Shown piece after piece: positions 34,561-47,398 of a DNA stretch of 64,000 bases. A program made the position numbers and the translations under genes. Under the pieces are notes generated by a model that made no database searches, was not told where the DNA came from, and was given only the letters and a program-made list of their open reading frames with translations. The stretch's first letter is position 1; each line of letters begins with the position of its first letter. Source of the DNA: Camelus ferus (lineage: Eukaryota); the NCBI RefSeq assembly GCF_009834535.1, contig NC_045697.1:2420001-2484000 (forward strand), read 5' to 3'.

Positions 34561-37500
34561 GAGGAAGGAGGCAGGGCTGCTCGGAGGGATGTCTTGCAGC
34601 CGCCAGCCTTGGCCGGCCCAGGCCTGGAGCCGCGGAGTCCCTCGGAGCATCTGAGTTGGGCAGGTGTGGAGGGGTGACACCTCTCTCCTGAAGGGGTCCG
34701 GGCAGCGCAGTGTGGGGGTCACTCTGTCGTCCCCCCATCGCAGCTCTGTCTCTTGGCATCTTGAAAGCTGTGGGGTCTCCCAGCTAATCTTCAAAAATGA
34801 AATCATCCCAGGTAATTCGCAGTGGTGCCCGGCAGCCCACTAGCTGAGCAGATGCCATGGTGGTAACGGGCCCTGTGGGCAGGGGTGGGGCCGCGGCTGG
34901 CGGTGGAGACCCTGGGGGAGGGAGGGGCAGGAAGGCCTGGGCATCACCAGCTCGGCCCTGAGCCACAGGCTGCGGGACTGGGCCCTCCTCCCTCAGTCCT
35001 TAGCTCTCTGTGAACCTGATGTGACCTAGCACTAGGAGTGATCACCTGGAGAAACTGCTCCTGTCCAAAGACCGATCCCCAGGGGGCAGGGCCGTGCCTG
35101 GAGGAGCCCCGCAGCTTCCCAGGGCGGAGTCTAGCTCACTGCCCCCGGGTCACGGCCAGTCAGCCCGGCCCTCCCGACACCCACCCCCAGCGATGCCCAT
35201 TTGACCGCAGGCTGCAGAGGCTGGCACGTCCTGCCCTGCCCGGGGACAAGGCTGCATCAATTGGCCCTGAATTGAACAAGACAGAGAACTTGCCAGGCCT
35301 GCCAACCTTTTCACATGGCCAGTAGTCTGACAACCCTGCCCCTCGGCCACCCAGAGCAGCAGTTAATGTGATTAGCGGGAATCAGGGGAGCGGCGAGCAG
35401 GCCCAGGGCAGCGGGATCCTCACTAGGCCCTTGCTTTGCTGGGGTGGGTGGGCGGCCAGGGATGGTCTCTGCCCGGCCTCCCTGCCTCCGCTTGGCTTGC
35501 CCAGGTCCATCCCTGTCATGGCAGACAGACGGAACTCCTCAACTCAAAGTGGAGTATATCACCCCCTTCTCAGCTTCCTCTGAAGTCCTGACCTCGATGG
35601 GACCATCGCCTGGGGAGACCCCCGCTGGTGGACGATGGCCAGAAGTCACAGAAGCTTCAGAGAGTGTTCTGGACCCCACTGGCTGTGCTGTGGGAGGGGG
35701 CAGCAAGGCGAGAGAGACCCCCGCTTGGCGACTCCCCACCCAGAGGACACCCTCACCCCCCCGACCCTGCCTCCTCCTCCTTCTCCCTGCCGTCCCACCC
35801 ACCTTCCAGACCTCCTGGTCCCACCTCCTGGGCAGCCTGGAAGCCCACCGACTTTCTGCCATCCCTGGCTGGGCCCCCGTAGTCCTCTCCTATGACCAGT
35901 GCAGTGGCCAAGCCCTGGTCTCCAGCCTCCCCACACCCCATCCCCTGTCACTTCAGACAAAGCAATCTTCCAGGAACACACGCCTGGCAGTGCCACCGCC
36001 CAGCATAGCCACGCCCAGTGGTCCCCGAGGGCCAAGTGGGCAAGCACAGTCTTGATGGGCTGTTGCAGCCTGGCTCCCGGCACAGCTCCCCCGGAGACAA
36101 AGCTCAGTCACACTGCGGTTCCTCCTCTGAAATGCGTCCTCCCCTCACACCCGCCAAACTCCTCCTCATCCTTCAGCACCCACCCTGATCGTCCCAGGAG
36201 GGCGGCCCAACCTAGTGACCACCATCGTGTCCCACTACAGGTGTGTGAGGCACTTTTCACAAGGCCTCTGGGGTCCCAGGACCCCAGGACTGCCAGGGCC
36301 TCTCAGGCCCTGACACGCAGCCATCCTGGTTGGGGACTTGTGGGGCCAGCATGCCTGGGAACGGGGCAGGCAGGGCGGGCACCACGCTGGCCATGATGAT
36401 CGCAGCTCCGGGCAGCCAGAATTCTCTCCCACTGGTCCGACTTGAGTAATGAGGCTGTAGCAGGTCAGAGACTGACTTCCCGTTTCTGCGATAAATCCAC
36501 AGCCTTGGAACGGCCAGCTCCAGCTCCAGCTCCCCAGAGGGTCAGGCCCTCCTCCTCCTGCCCGTCCACCCAGGCCTGCAGGGCTGCGGGGGGGCTCACA
36601 CTGGGCCTTTGGGTGCAGAGGTGATGCCCCCTCCCGAGGAGGCGGAGGCCAGGGGACAAGCCAGAGCAGGACAGAGGCCATCCTGCCCCTCCTTGCTGTG
36701 TGACCCTGGGCAGACCACTCAGCCCCTCTGGGTCCACGTGGCTTCCCCTGGATAGAAGCTAAAACCTGCCCTCCTCTCAGGCCGGGTGACACAATTCACG
36801 GGTAACCAGGCCGTATCTTCCTAAAGTTCTCCGTCATCTTGATTCTGACCCGAGTCGGCTGCGGGGCTCCCCATCCTCGCCCCTCCTGGGGGCCTAGCCC
36901 AGCCTCCTTGCCTCTGAGTCTCTAAAATGAGAACAAACCAGGGTGCCTTTTGCTTCCTCATCTGCAGAGTCAGAGCAGGGGACCCGGTGCACAGAGGGCC
37001 TACGGGGCCACACGAGTCCTCATCCGCTTCCCTTGGGTCTGCATTCCGGGTTCTTCTGATCTCACTCAGGCCAGGGGTGGGGGTGCGGCTGGGTGTTGAG
37101 TCCCCGGTCTCTCTCTGGTGGGTCTGCCTTTGGGCTGACAGGAGGGCGTGCAGGTGGTCCAGTGGGGACAGATGTGCCCCTGCAGAGGTGGTCTGATACC
37201 CGCCGAGCCACCTCCATCACTGCCACCTTGGAGGCAGGAGGGTGAGGAGTGGTCCAGTGTGGCTGGGCGATTGTGGGAGGAATGGGAGGCAGAGAGGTGA
37301 GCAGACCGACTATGGAAATGAGCCAGAGCAGCAGCACTGGCGCCTCCTTTCTCTGTGCTGATAAAGTCATTTCAACCGACACAGGCTGTGTCAGTGTCCT
37401 GGGGCCACATCACAGGGACCACACACAGGTAATCCCTTCTCTCCAGGTCTGGATGCAGAAGGTCCAGATCACGGTGTGGGCAGAGCCGCCTCCCTCTCAG

Positions 37501-37729
37501 GCTCTGGAGTTGGGGGACAGAGTGGGGGTCCACAGATCAACGCAGGAGGACACTGCCCGTCATTCGGCTGCCCCGGAGCAAGAAGTAAACATCTCTCCTG
37601 TCCTGGTCGAGACGGTATGTGTTTTGGAGTCTTTCTGTTACCACAGCCAAACCTATTTTAACTAACAGGTCAGGCATTTTACTCTCAATGTAAAATGAGG
37701 GACCTGAGACCCAGCAAAGAAGCGAATTG

Positions 37730-38960
37730 ACTAGGCAGTGACGCCTCGGATCTGACCCCAGAGCACAGGCAACAAAAGCGAAACTCGACAGGTGGGATTA
37801 CATCAAACTAAAAGGCTTCTGCACAGCAAAGGAGCATCAGAATGAGAAAGTAGCCTGTGGAACGGGAGAAAACATTTGCAAACCACACATGTGATAAGGG
37901 GTTAAGATCCAGCATCTATAAGGAACGTGCATGGCTCAGTGGCAAAACAGCAACAGCAAAGCCAGCGGCCCAATTAAATGAGCCAAGGACCTGAGCTGGC
38001 GTGTCTCCAGAGAAGACATGCGGCCGGCCGGCTGGGGCACGGGAAGGTGCCGACGTCACTAACCATCAAGCAAATGCAAACCAAGACCACAGTGAGGCGC
38101 CACCTCGCTCACGCCAGTTAGAATGGCTGTTGTCGAGACGCTGGGAGAGGGAAGAGAGAGCAAACACCGGGGAGGATGCGGGACAGCCGGAACCCTCATC
38201 TGCTGCTGGTGGGAACGTAAACCGGTGCAGCCACTGTGGAAACAGGATGGGGTTTCCGCAAAGTAAATACAGAGCCGCTGTAAGACCCGGCAAGCCCCCT
38301 TCTGGGTGTGCGCCCGAAGGAAGCGAAGGCAGCATCTCAGAGGGATGCTCTGCCTCCCACGGTCACTGCATTCGCACTGTAGCCAAGACAGAGAAGCAAC
38401 TAGAGTGTCCATCCACAGGCGAGCAATAAAGAAAACGTGGTGTGCAGAGAGGGCAGAATATTATTCAGCCTTAAAAAAGAAAGAAACTCCGCTTTTGCAA
38501 CCCCACAGATGGACCTTGAGGAGATCGTGCTAGCGAAGCAAACCAGGCACAGAAAGACAAATGCTGTGTGACTGCACATCCACGTGGAATCTGAAAATAG
38601 TCAGACTCAGGGAAGCAGAGAGAATGGCGGCTGTCAAGGGTGGTGGGGAGGGGAAAAGTGGGGGCGTTGATTAAAGGAAGCAACGTGGAGACCTCATGCA
38701 GAGAAAAGGAACTGTAGAAACACAGTTACTGCACAGTTAGCAACACTATGTTGTATGTTTGAAATTTGCTAAAGGGTAGATCTTAATTGTTCTCACCACA
38801 GAAAAGGAAAGAAGAGAGTAACTCTGTGTGGTTACGAACATGCCAGTCAACTTGATCGTGGTGATTATCACACGATGTACGTGTACATCAGAGCATCAAG
38901 TCGCTCACCCTAAGTATACGCGAGTTTTCTGCCATTTACACCTCAGTAAACCTGGAAAAT
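37730..38960 (+). mobile_element. L1 ORF2 C-terminal region and 3' UTR (L1MA9-like)
   Basis: gggattacatcaaactaaaaggcttctgcacagcaaagg, ggtgcagccactgtggaaa, gaaatttgctaaagggtagatcttaattgttctcaccac, cctcagtaaacctggaaaa. Confidence 0.85.
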
Positions 38961-38979
38961 GTTTTTTAATTTTTAAAGA

Positions 38980-39280
38980 AGTTTCAGTCGTGCCAGATGA
39001 ATAAGCTCCAGAGGTCCGCTGACAGCACGGTGCCTGCGGCAGACAGCGGGGCGCTGCGCTTCAAAGTGTGCCAGCCGGGTCGGTCTCACGTTAAGAGTTC
39101 TTACTACATAAAACCAAACCAAAACAAAAACGGAAAATCCCCAGAGGGCCAGGAGGCGCTCTGCTTATTCCGCGATCGCGGTGATGGTAGCACCGGCGTT
39201 TGCGCGCACCCACACTCATCAAGTCGCGCACAGTCACTGCGTGCCTGCCGTGCACCAGTTTTACCCCAGTGACGCTGCTT
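38980..39280 (+). mobile_element. Second L1 3' UTR (L1MB1/2-like), heavily GC-shifted
   Basis: gtttcagtcgtgccagatgaataagctccagag, tctcacgttaagagttcttactaca, ccagttttaccccagtgacgctg. Confidence 0.7.
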
Positions 39281-41094
39281 TAGGGACCTGACCACGTCCA
39301 CTGTCCACGGCCCGCGGCCCCGGAGCCGGAGCCGGGGCCCAGCCTGGGTCTGCCTGTCTCCACGGCCGCTCGGAGGGACCTGAGCCAGGTGCTGGGCAGG
39401 GAGGACGGGGCCCACCCGCCCTCCAGGAGCCCCCGACTCTGTCTCATTTCCGATGTCCACATACGTGTGCCCTGACTGTGGCCCTGGTGAAGGAAAAAAA
39501 AGGATTCGACCGTCTGTTGTGAAGTAGACACAGCTGACGACAGTTAATCGGTATTTGATAGGATTGACCCATTGCCGTCATTATCCATCACGGCAACTGC
39601 TGCCAGCGGCAGGGGCCCAGGCACCTGTGTTTGGGGACAGACAGTGGCCTAAACCCCAGCCCGGCTTCCCAGCGGGGCCATTGCTGCTGAAGACGGCCAC
39701 TGAGCACCTCCCGGGTGTCAGATCCCTGCCCCGCCCGCAGACCCTGGGTCAGTCCAGAGTCCCAGGCCCCCTGCAGCCCTGCCTCCTCCTTCCCGCGGGT
39801 CCCAGCTATGCCCAGAGGGCCCGGAAGAGTCTGCTGTCACCGCAAGCAGGAGCCCGGCACAGATGGAGGAGGTAGAGCTGCCCTGGCCAGGGCCATAGAC
39901 CCCTGCATCGGGCACTCCTGGCCCGAGGGTCCCTGCTCCTCACCCCTGCAGGACCTGGGACACCACGCGCCACAGCCCAGAGGGTCTCCTGGGACAAGGC
40001 GTCCACACCCTCTCCCCATCGACAGCGGCTCTTGGTGACCCACCCAGGGCTGGTCTGAGCGCCAGCGGCTGCTCTGTGAGGGAGGAAAGCCGTGTCGGGA
40101 GTGGGAGGTGAGGGAGGGAAACGGAGGAGCCTCTAAGGCGAGCTGCCACGTGGCCTGGAACCCTAGAAAACTGGGGGGCCCGCATGAGCTTGGGGGGCAC
40201 TCAGGGGCCCTGGAGAAGGGCCTTCCTTCCAGGCAGAGGGGCAGCGATGGCTCTGAGCCCTGTGGCTTCCTTGGTGCCTACCCGACCAAGCGGCTGAGGA
40301 TTCAGTGAGGTGACAAGTGCGGGTCACCAGATCCCCTGGGGATGGGACCACGGGGTCTCGGCCCTCTGGCCTGGGGTGATCGAGCACTTCACAGAGCCAG
40401 GCTGTCCTCCAAGAGATGGCCGGAGACAGGGCAGGGCCCCAGGGCAAGGGGTTCAGGCCAGGGCTCCTCAGGAAAACGGGCCTTGACACTGGGAGGGCGG
40501 AGGAGGGCGTGGGCCCGGACACTGGCACGGATCCGGAGAGCCCCGCTGTCTGACCATCAGTATTTTGAAAGGTCATGAAACATTAAAGCAACTGATGGAG
40601 GGAAAATATCTCAGACTTCTTCAGCAGTTTCTTGGCCTATTTTAACGACATTAACTTTTTAATTCAAAATGGAATGCTCAGGGACTTCCCAGTGGAACCA
40701 GGTTTCGCGTCTTAAAATAGCGGGTATCCCCATGGGAATCCTAACCAAGTGAGCTTTGTGGAGACCCAGAGGTGGGGTGGCAGCAGAGGAAGGGGTCCGG
40801 GTGGGAAGACCGGGGTGTGGTCAGTTGGGAGACATGATGCTGGAGAGGGGGGGAGGGGCGGCACTGCTGGGGAGGGGTCCTCCCTGCCCTCCCGACACTG
40901 AACACTCTCCTGAGTGCCATCCTGGGGGCAGTCTCAGCCCTACCCCAGCCTGCCTGCAGGGGGCACGTCACCTGCCAGCCTCCCTTCCCCACGTGACTGT
41001 GCTCAACGCTGATCTCACCCCGAGTGCCTCTCCTCAAGAGCCTTCAGTGGCTCCCGTTTACTCAGGCTGAGCTCCCAGCTCCCTAGCACAGGTC

Positions 41095-41215
41095 TGCCCC
41101 CTGTGAGTTGTGCAGCCTCGGGCACCTTGCTCAACTGCCCTGAGCCTCTGTTTCTTCTCCTGTAAATGGGGACCAAAGACAGTTCCAACCTCACAGGACT
41201 GGGTGAGAGTCAGTA
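41095..41215 (+). mobile_element. MIR SINE
   Basis: ctgagcctctgtttcttctcctgtaaatgggg..acctcacagga..gtgag. Confidence 0.65.
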
Positions 41216-41639
41216 AGGCTGGTCCACCAGCAGGCCCAGCCTGGGGCTGGCACGGGTCAGGGTCATCATCAACGTCGGCCTCCCACTGGCCGATCCCCGT
41301 GCACCCCGTCTGTGTCTAACGCCACTGCCCCCAGAGCACTAATGGGCCCAACTACCCCGCTGTCCTGCCTCTGTGCCTTTAAGCTTGCGGCCCTCTCCTG
41401 GAATTCTCCCCGAGTCCTACCTCTGAGCCCAGCTCTCTAGCGCCACCTCTCAGCGGCCCTCCCTGGACCCCTGCTGAAGCAGGGGGCTCTCACGGGGCTC
41501 TGGGCAGCCTGGCCTCGGTGCTCCCCCACACCCCGCACCCTGTGGTTCCTCCGTCTCTCCTGGGACCCAGCTCGGCACCCCCAGGCCTGGCACATCATGG
41601 GCCCAGGCTCCCACCAAACATAACCCCGAGATCAGCAAA

Positions 41640-41830
41640 GGGAAGGAGGGAGGGAGAGGCAGAGACAGAGATCCAGAGATGCAGAGGGAGGTATGCAGAG
41701 GGACACACACCGGGGAGAGACAGGGAGACAGTGAGAGTTATCAGGACCAAGAGAGACACACCAGACAGAGAGACAGAGACAGTTGAGGGCACAGAGAGGC
41801 TGACAGACGCAGGTGACCCCGGCCAGAGAC
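41640..41830. repeat. GA-rich low-complexity (GAGACA-like) tract
   Basis: Repeated gagacagag/gacagagag units. Confidence 0.7.
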
Positions 41831-42469
41831 AGGAAGTGCCTTGGCCGCGCTGGCTGCCAGCAGCGGGAGCACGTGGTAGTTCCCAGCCTGCCCCATCCGT
41901 GCCTGCCCAGGATGCAAGGTGGGCTGGGTTGAGACAGACCTACCTCACCCCCAGGAAGGCGGCTGTCGCCAGGGTTAGAGAACGGGGCTCCAGCGGGAGG
42001 GGCTGCAGGGCGGGGCCTGGACAGGAAAGCCCCCCGAGGCTCCACCCAGGCCCACACCTGCCCTCACGGGGGCTGAGGGAAGTGGGAGTGGTGGGGTGGG
42101 CTCCATGCGGCTGCCTGTGGGCCCTGTCAGCAGATGGGTGGGGGTCTGAGGGTCCCTCCCGCCCCAGGGGAGACCCCGATCCTGACCCCCGATCCTGACC
42201 CCTAACTGCACAGGGCTTTATGGGAGGGAATCAGGCCTCAGAACTTGGAAGCCGGGAACAACAGTGCGACAGCCCCATGTCTACTACTGTTTGTTACTTG
42301 AAAGTAGCCCAGCCTCCCGAGTTACAAGAACATAGACATGCTCGGCACAAGCACAGATCAGCGCGTGGGTCAAGGACTACAGCTCCAAGGTGAGGCCCGA
42401 GCCCAGCCGGGAGGAGCCTCGGCGCTCACGCCCGGCTCGGCCATGCCAGGTGTCTCCAGGGTCCCTGGG

Positions 42470-42655
42470 TTTTCACTGAAGTGCAGTTGATGTACAACGT
42501 TGTATCAGTTTCAAGTGTGCAGCAAAGTGATTCAGGTCAGATTATTTGTCAGATTCTTCTCCATTATAGGTGATTACAAGATATTGAATATAGTTCCCCG
42601 TGCTCTACGGTAATACCTTGTTGTTTATCCATTTTATGTCGAGGAGTTTGTCTTA
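42470..42655 (-). mobile_element. Cetartiodactyl-type L1 3' end
   Basis: actgaagtgcagttgatgtacaacgttgt, ccattataggtgattacaagatattgaatatagttccccgtgct. Confidence 0.85.
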
Positions 42656-42718
42656 ATCACTGACTGGTAATCGAATCTCACAGTGAAAACACAGGCTGAG
42701 GCAGCAGTGGGGCCAGGG

Positions 42719-42972
42719 TGTTAAAGAAAATGAACCTGGCACTTGCTAAGACAGTAGGAAGGCGTTATTCGAGACATGGCAGTCGGGAAGGGGGGCTGGG
42801 CTGGCTCCAAATTCCGCAAGGACAGGTGGGGATCTGTAACCAAGGAGCGGGGCGGATGGAAACGCCAAGAGGAGATGCTGAGGGCCCAGGGACACCTGCC
42901 GGTCGAGGCCAAGTCTCGAACAGTTTCCACAGGTCTGACTGAAGTTTGGTCAGAAAGGGGAGGGTCCCTGTT
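42719..42972 (-). mobile_element. MER31-like LTR, internally deleted
   Basis: tgttaaagaaaa start, caaggacaggtggggatctgtaaccaaggagc, ctgactgaagtttggtcag; related to 23576-23982. Confidence 0.6.
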
Positions 42973-43959
42973 GGGGGCGCACCACTCAAGTTCCACCAAA
43001 GGAATCAGTAGAAACTGGAGGGCTGGCTTATGATCTGAGGTCGAGGGTAAACCCGGAGGGGCCAGCACCGTGATGGGGCCCACCGCCCGGGGGCAGCAGC
43101 AGTGGGAGAGTGGCCCCATGTGCTCCCTGGTAGCAGGGAATCTCACTACCGCTCATGCTTGACCCTGGTAACCAGAGCTACCTTGCTGACAATAACAACT
43201 CAGCTCAGAATGGGCTGAGACCATGGTTTGCCGGCAGACCCCACCTCTGGCCCACGGGTCAGGTCCTGGTGCCCCGGGCCTGGGGTGCTGCCCTCAGCAT
43301 GCTCACACACACAGGCAGCAGCCTCATCTTGGGGTCCCCAGCCCCTGGCTCAGGGCTCTGGCAGAGCAGGGGCAGCAACTGTCCCATTTCACAGATGGGG
43401 AACCTGAGTCCAAGGGCCTCGGTCTGCTGAGACCTTGCAGGGAGGCCCTGGGCTCGTAGGCTGCAGGGCACTGTGACTCCCCAGAAGCCCCCTGTCCCCC
43501 CTGGGGCAGGCAGGTGGCCTTTGCAAACAGTTTAGAGACAGTTCTGCAGGGACGCTTCCCCATCCAGAAACTCCGACTGGGTGGTGGGGACTGAGGCTCT
43601 ACCCGGATGAACTGGGGTCCCTCAGTGCAGGGCTGGGTGGACCACACACTTGCAGGAGACCCCGCCCCCAGCCCTGGGCACAGGCAGAGCCAACCCCACC
43701 CCCAGGCACTGGCCGGTGGTCCTCCCCACCAATCTGCAGACTCACGCCGCCCCGCCCAATCCGGCTTCCTCCTTGGTCATCACCACCGAAGTCAGGGCTG
43801 CCTTCTGCGTGGGAAGGAAGGGTTCTGCCGCCACCTGCCGGCCATTTGCCAAAGAGGTGGGACCTACTTTCGCTGGAGAACCTGGGGGTCAAGGAGGGGA
43901 GACTGGGAGGGGAGGTGAAGTCGGGTGGGGTTTCTTGAGGGAAAGAGCTGACTGTGATT

Positions 43960-44055
43960 TGGACAGACCTGGGCTTGGATCTGGCTGTGTGGCCTTGGGC
44001 AGATGGCTCAGCATCTCTGGGCCTCATTTCCTTTTCCTACAAAATGGGATGACAA
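43960..44055 (+). mobile_element. MIR SINE
   Basis: ggctgtgtggccttgggcagatggctcagcatctctgggcctcatttcc..acaaaatgggatga. Confidence 0.7.
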
Positions 44056-45354
44056 GGCCTAGGCTGGAGTGGTGGCAACCACGGGGTCTCATGATGCCCA
44101 CTGAGGCCACGCAGGGGCCAGTAGGCAGGACAGCTCTGGCTGCAGCCCAGAGTCCTTCTCCCGAGAGACGGGCTGCCCCTGCCCCCAGCAGGGTTCCTTA
44201 GAGGCTAGAAGTCTTCTGTTTCTCAGCCCAGCTTGCAGTTTGACCAAGCAGTTCACCAATGGCCCTCTGGGTCAGATAAAGCTTCAGGCTTCAGGTTTAT
44301 GCTCTGAGCGTGGACAAGGGGTGGAGGGGACAGTGATGAGAAACAGTTGCCTCCGAGGGACGCAGTTACCAGAACTCGCCAGCACCTCTGCCTGGTGGAC
44401 TCACACCTCACGACAACGTAAAACGGGTCACAGAATGACCACTGCGTACTCCGCCCCCCAGAATTCCGAGTGTCGGGGAGAGCGAGTCCATTTCACAGAC
44501 AGGGAGACCGAGGACTCTGAGGGCCCTGGTCCACTGAGACCACTTGGGGTGGCTGCTGAGCTGTACACCTGCTCCACCAGCAGGGTCAGGGCCTGGAGAC
44601 CCCAGGGCTCCCTGGGCAGGGCAGGAGGGAGCTCTGGGGGTGGACGCAGCAGACCTGTCGCGTGTGCCCCTCGTCGCAGCAGTGTGAGTCGCTGACGCTG
44701 TTTGAAGGGAGAATGAGATCCAGCCCCCACCTCAGGGTCTCCATGTTGGACGATAGTCTCAAATGTTCCACATGGGCCAGGATGGACCTCTGCCCCTGCT
44801 CTGGGCCATGAGCATGTGCCCCTGGGATCTGTTCTGCCAGTTCACGCCCAGGACAGGCTGTCCGCTGACTCAGCCCGGGGCCCCTGGGGGTGGGGCTCCT
44901 CTGGCTGTGACTTGGGCTCGGTGCTGGACCCCCACCATCCACCTGCCGGCCTGGAGCTGGAGTCTTGAGTCCCTGCTTCCGCCTCACCCCCGTGCCTGCA
45001 TGGAGGACCAGGCCTGTCCTCAGCAAGGGCTCCCCAGGAAAGCACACCCAATCCCACCTTGGTGCCTGCTTTTAGGGGGACCCCGAGGGAGTGAGATGTC
45101 TTCTTTCTTTCAGGACAAGCCCCCGGGATGGGGCTCAGCACACAGTAAGAGCACAATATGCTTTAGTGGAAGGAAGGGAGGGAGGGAGGGCAGGAAGAGG
45201 GGGGTCTGGCTCCTCTGAGCAGCCCCAGCAGCGAGTACCTCATGGGACACTTAGAGAACGTCTGGGAAGGAGGAGACCGAGAGGGACTCGGGGCCGAAAG
45301 GGAGCAGGTGCGTGAATTAGGGGCTTCGGCGGAGTGAACGGAGCCTCTGAGGCC

Positions 45355-45790
45355 TCTGTAAGGTGTGTCCACACGCTCACCCCAGGGAGCATGACTGTGA
45401 GCTTGTCTGGAAAAGGGTCCTTGCAGATGTAGGTTAGGGACCTTGAGATGAGGAGATAATCTCAAGATTTATCCGGGTGGCCCTAAATTCAGGGACTGGC
45501 ATCCTTATGAGACAGAGGAGAGGAGACAGACACGGGGAGGAGGCCATGTGAAGATGGAGGTGGAGGTTGGGGTGATCTGGCCACAAGGACTGCCTGGGGC
45601 CACCGGGAGTTAGAAGAGGGGGGCAGGACCCTCCCCTGGAGCCTCTGGAGGGAGGCAGCCCTGCTGGACCTCGCCCCACCTTCCTGCCTGCTGAATCCAA
45701 CTGACCCCCGACGCCTGCACGTGGGGCCTGTCTGAGGAGCGTCTCAAATGTGACGTGGGAAATGCACAGCCTGTAAGGGCAGCTGCAAGC
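45355..45790 (+). mobile_element. MLT1C-like solo LTR
   Basis: ggaaaagggtccttgcagatgta, gggtggccctaaat, ggccatgtgaagatggagg, cccctggagcctctggaggga. Confidence 0.8.
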
Positions 45791-46779
45791 CACCCATGAG
45801 AAGCGCCTGGCGGTCTTCCAGACAGAGCTCGGCCCCCCGGCCCCTGCGCGGGCCTGGCCCCCACTCCGGCGCTCAGACTCTTCCAGCAGCACCTTCGCCA
45901 GTTCTCCACATTTCTGCCTGTAAATAGGTGGGATCGGCCCCCTGCCTGCTGCCCCAGGTGGGCTCAGAGACGACACGCCGGCCCCTCGGACCCGCCTCTC
46001 CCACTGTGTCTCCGATCAAGCACACTCGGCTGCCCTCTGCAGGACCCCAAGCCGTCCTACCCCCAGGCCTTTGCACCTGCTGTGCCCGCTGCCTGGGAGC
46101 TCTTCTCCGGGGTGCCTGGTGGACTGCCCCCAGGAGGCACATCAGCCCATGTCTTCCCTGGCTCCCTGCTGCGGTAGGGCCCCCTCCCTCCTCAGAGGCC
46201 CGGGACCTCCATTAGCGGCTGGTCCCACCGCCAGAGGCTGTTTCGAACCTGCCTGGAGGACAGGCAGCTGGAACAGTAGGTGCCCCCCCCCAGCCCTCGC
46301 TGGACAGAAGAAAGGATGGAAGCCTGTCAGGGGGAGGAAGGAGGGGCTGACGCCCTCAGAAGGCCTCTCCCCACGCCCTGGGAGCCCGGCTCACAGCCGG
46401 GGCCTCGTCCTGGCGGCAGCTCTCTGCGCGCTGCGCCCCAAGGACGTCTTCCCTGCTGGAGTCGGCCTGCTTCCTAGGGCCTCCAGGCTGTGACTTCTCA
46501 GGCCCGCGTGGGTGCGAGCGCGGGGGCTCTCAGAGGAGCCGGACGGAGGCCGTGCCTTGACCACAAGCTGCGTGGCCTCAGCGAGTCTCCACACCTCTCT
46601 GCCCTGTCCTCGCTGAACGACGGGCATGTCCCCGCCCTCCCTGGGGAGCGTCCCTTCCATGCCCCGCCCCGGCCTCTGATGCTGCTGTGTGACCTGCCCC
46701 GGTCCCCCACCTCTCTGGGCCAGGAGACATCAGTCTAAGCCGTGCTGGCCCCGTGACGGGGGCCCTGGGGCGTAGCTGA

Positions 46780-46935
46780 GGCCAAGGCCTTTCACCGGCC
46801 TCAGCCTCGGGTTCCCCGTCTGCGGCGTCAACGATGAAGGCTCCGCCCTGCAGAGCTGCAAGTGAGGATCGAGTGAAACAGCGCGTGAGTGCCTGGCGCA
46901 CCGGAAGCCCTCGCGGCGGGAGGCGCGCTGCTGTC
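46780..46935 (+). mobile_element. MIR, extremely GC-shifted
   Basis: agcctcgggttccccgtctgc, gtgaggatcgagtga, gtgcctggcgcaccggaagccctc follow MIR block order. Confidence 0.65.
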
Positions 46936-47040
46936 ATCCGAGGCTGCTCTGAAGGCATCAGAACTGTCCCTAATCCCAAAGCCCCAGCGGTGTTTACCCC
47001 ACGGCAGGAGATCTTTGTCGGCGTAGGAGTTCTCGGGGCT

Positions 47041-47213
47041 GGAGTTGCCGGAAAAACCACAGGAGGCCCAGTTACAGGTGAACTTCAGGTAAAGAAGGAG
47101 CAATTTTAGCAGAAGCGCCGTCCTTAATATTTAGGACGCAATCGAGGGGGTAGTCCTCGTTCACCTGGAACTCGCATCTAGCTGGCCTCCTGTGTTTATT
47201 GTTTGCCAGCCCT
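47041..47213. mobile_element. MER53-like palindromic hAT MITE
   Basis: Ends gagttgcc / gccagccct; arms cacaggaggcc (47058-47068) and ggcctcctgtg (47184-47194); central cgtcct-taatattt-aggacg. Confidence 0.75.
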
Positions 47214-47364
47214 GACTGGCGATCGTCGCAGGTGCAGACCCCACCCCCGGCCCAGAGACCCCACCTTGGGGGTGTGTGAGTGTTGGGGCAGGGTATCCCA
47301 GCGTGGGCTCTGAGCCTCAGCTGCAAGCCGGGGGATCTCCCCACCTCGGGGGGTGGCCTAGTGG

Positions 47365-47398
47365 CTGCAATGTGGGGGGTGGCCACGAGGTGGCACCA
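47365..47398 (+). promoter_or_regulatory. Candidate CTCF site with upstream (U) motif
   Basis: Core TGGCCACGAGGTGGCACCA at 47380-47398; CTGCAATGTG at 47365-47374 with a 5-nt spacer. Confidence 0.65.

Noticed and set aside
42561..42570. Perfect CArG box CCATTATAGG
   Set aside because: Lies within an L1 3' end and has no independent support.
47125..47150. miR-1302-type microRNA within the MER53-like element
   Set aside because: The region corresponding to the mature miRNA is too degenerate to call.
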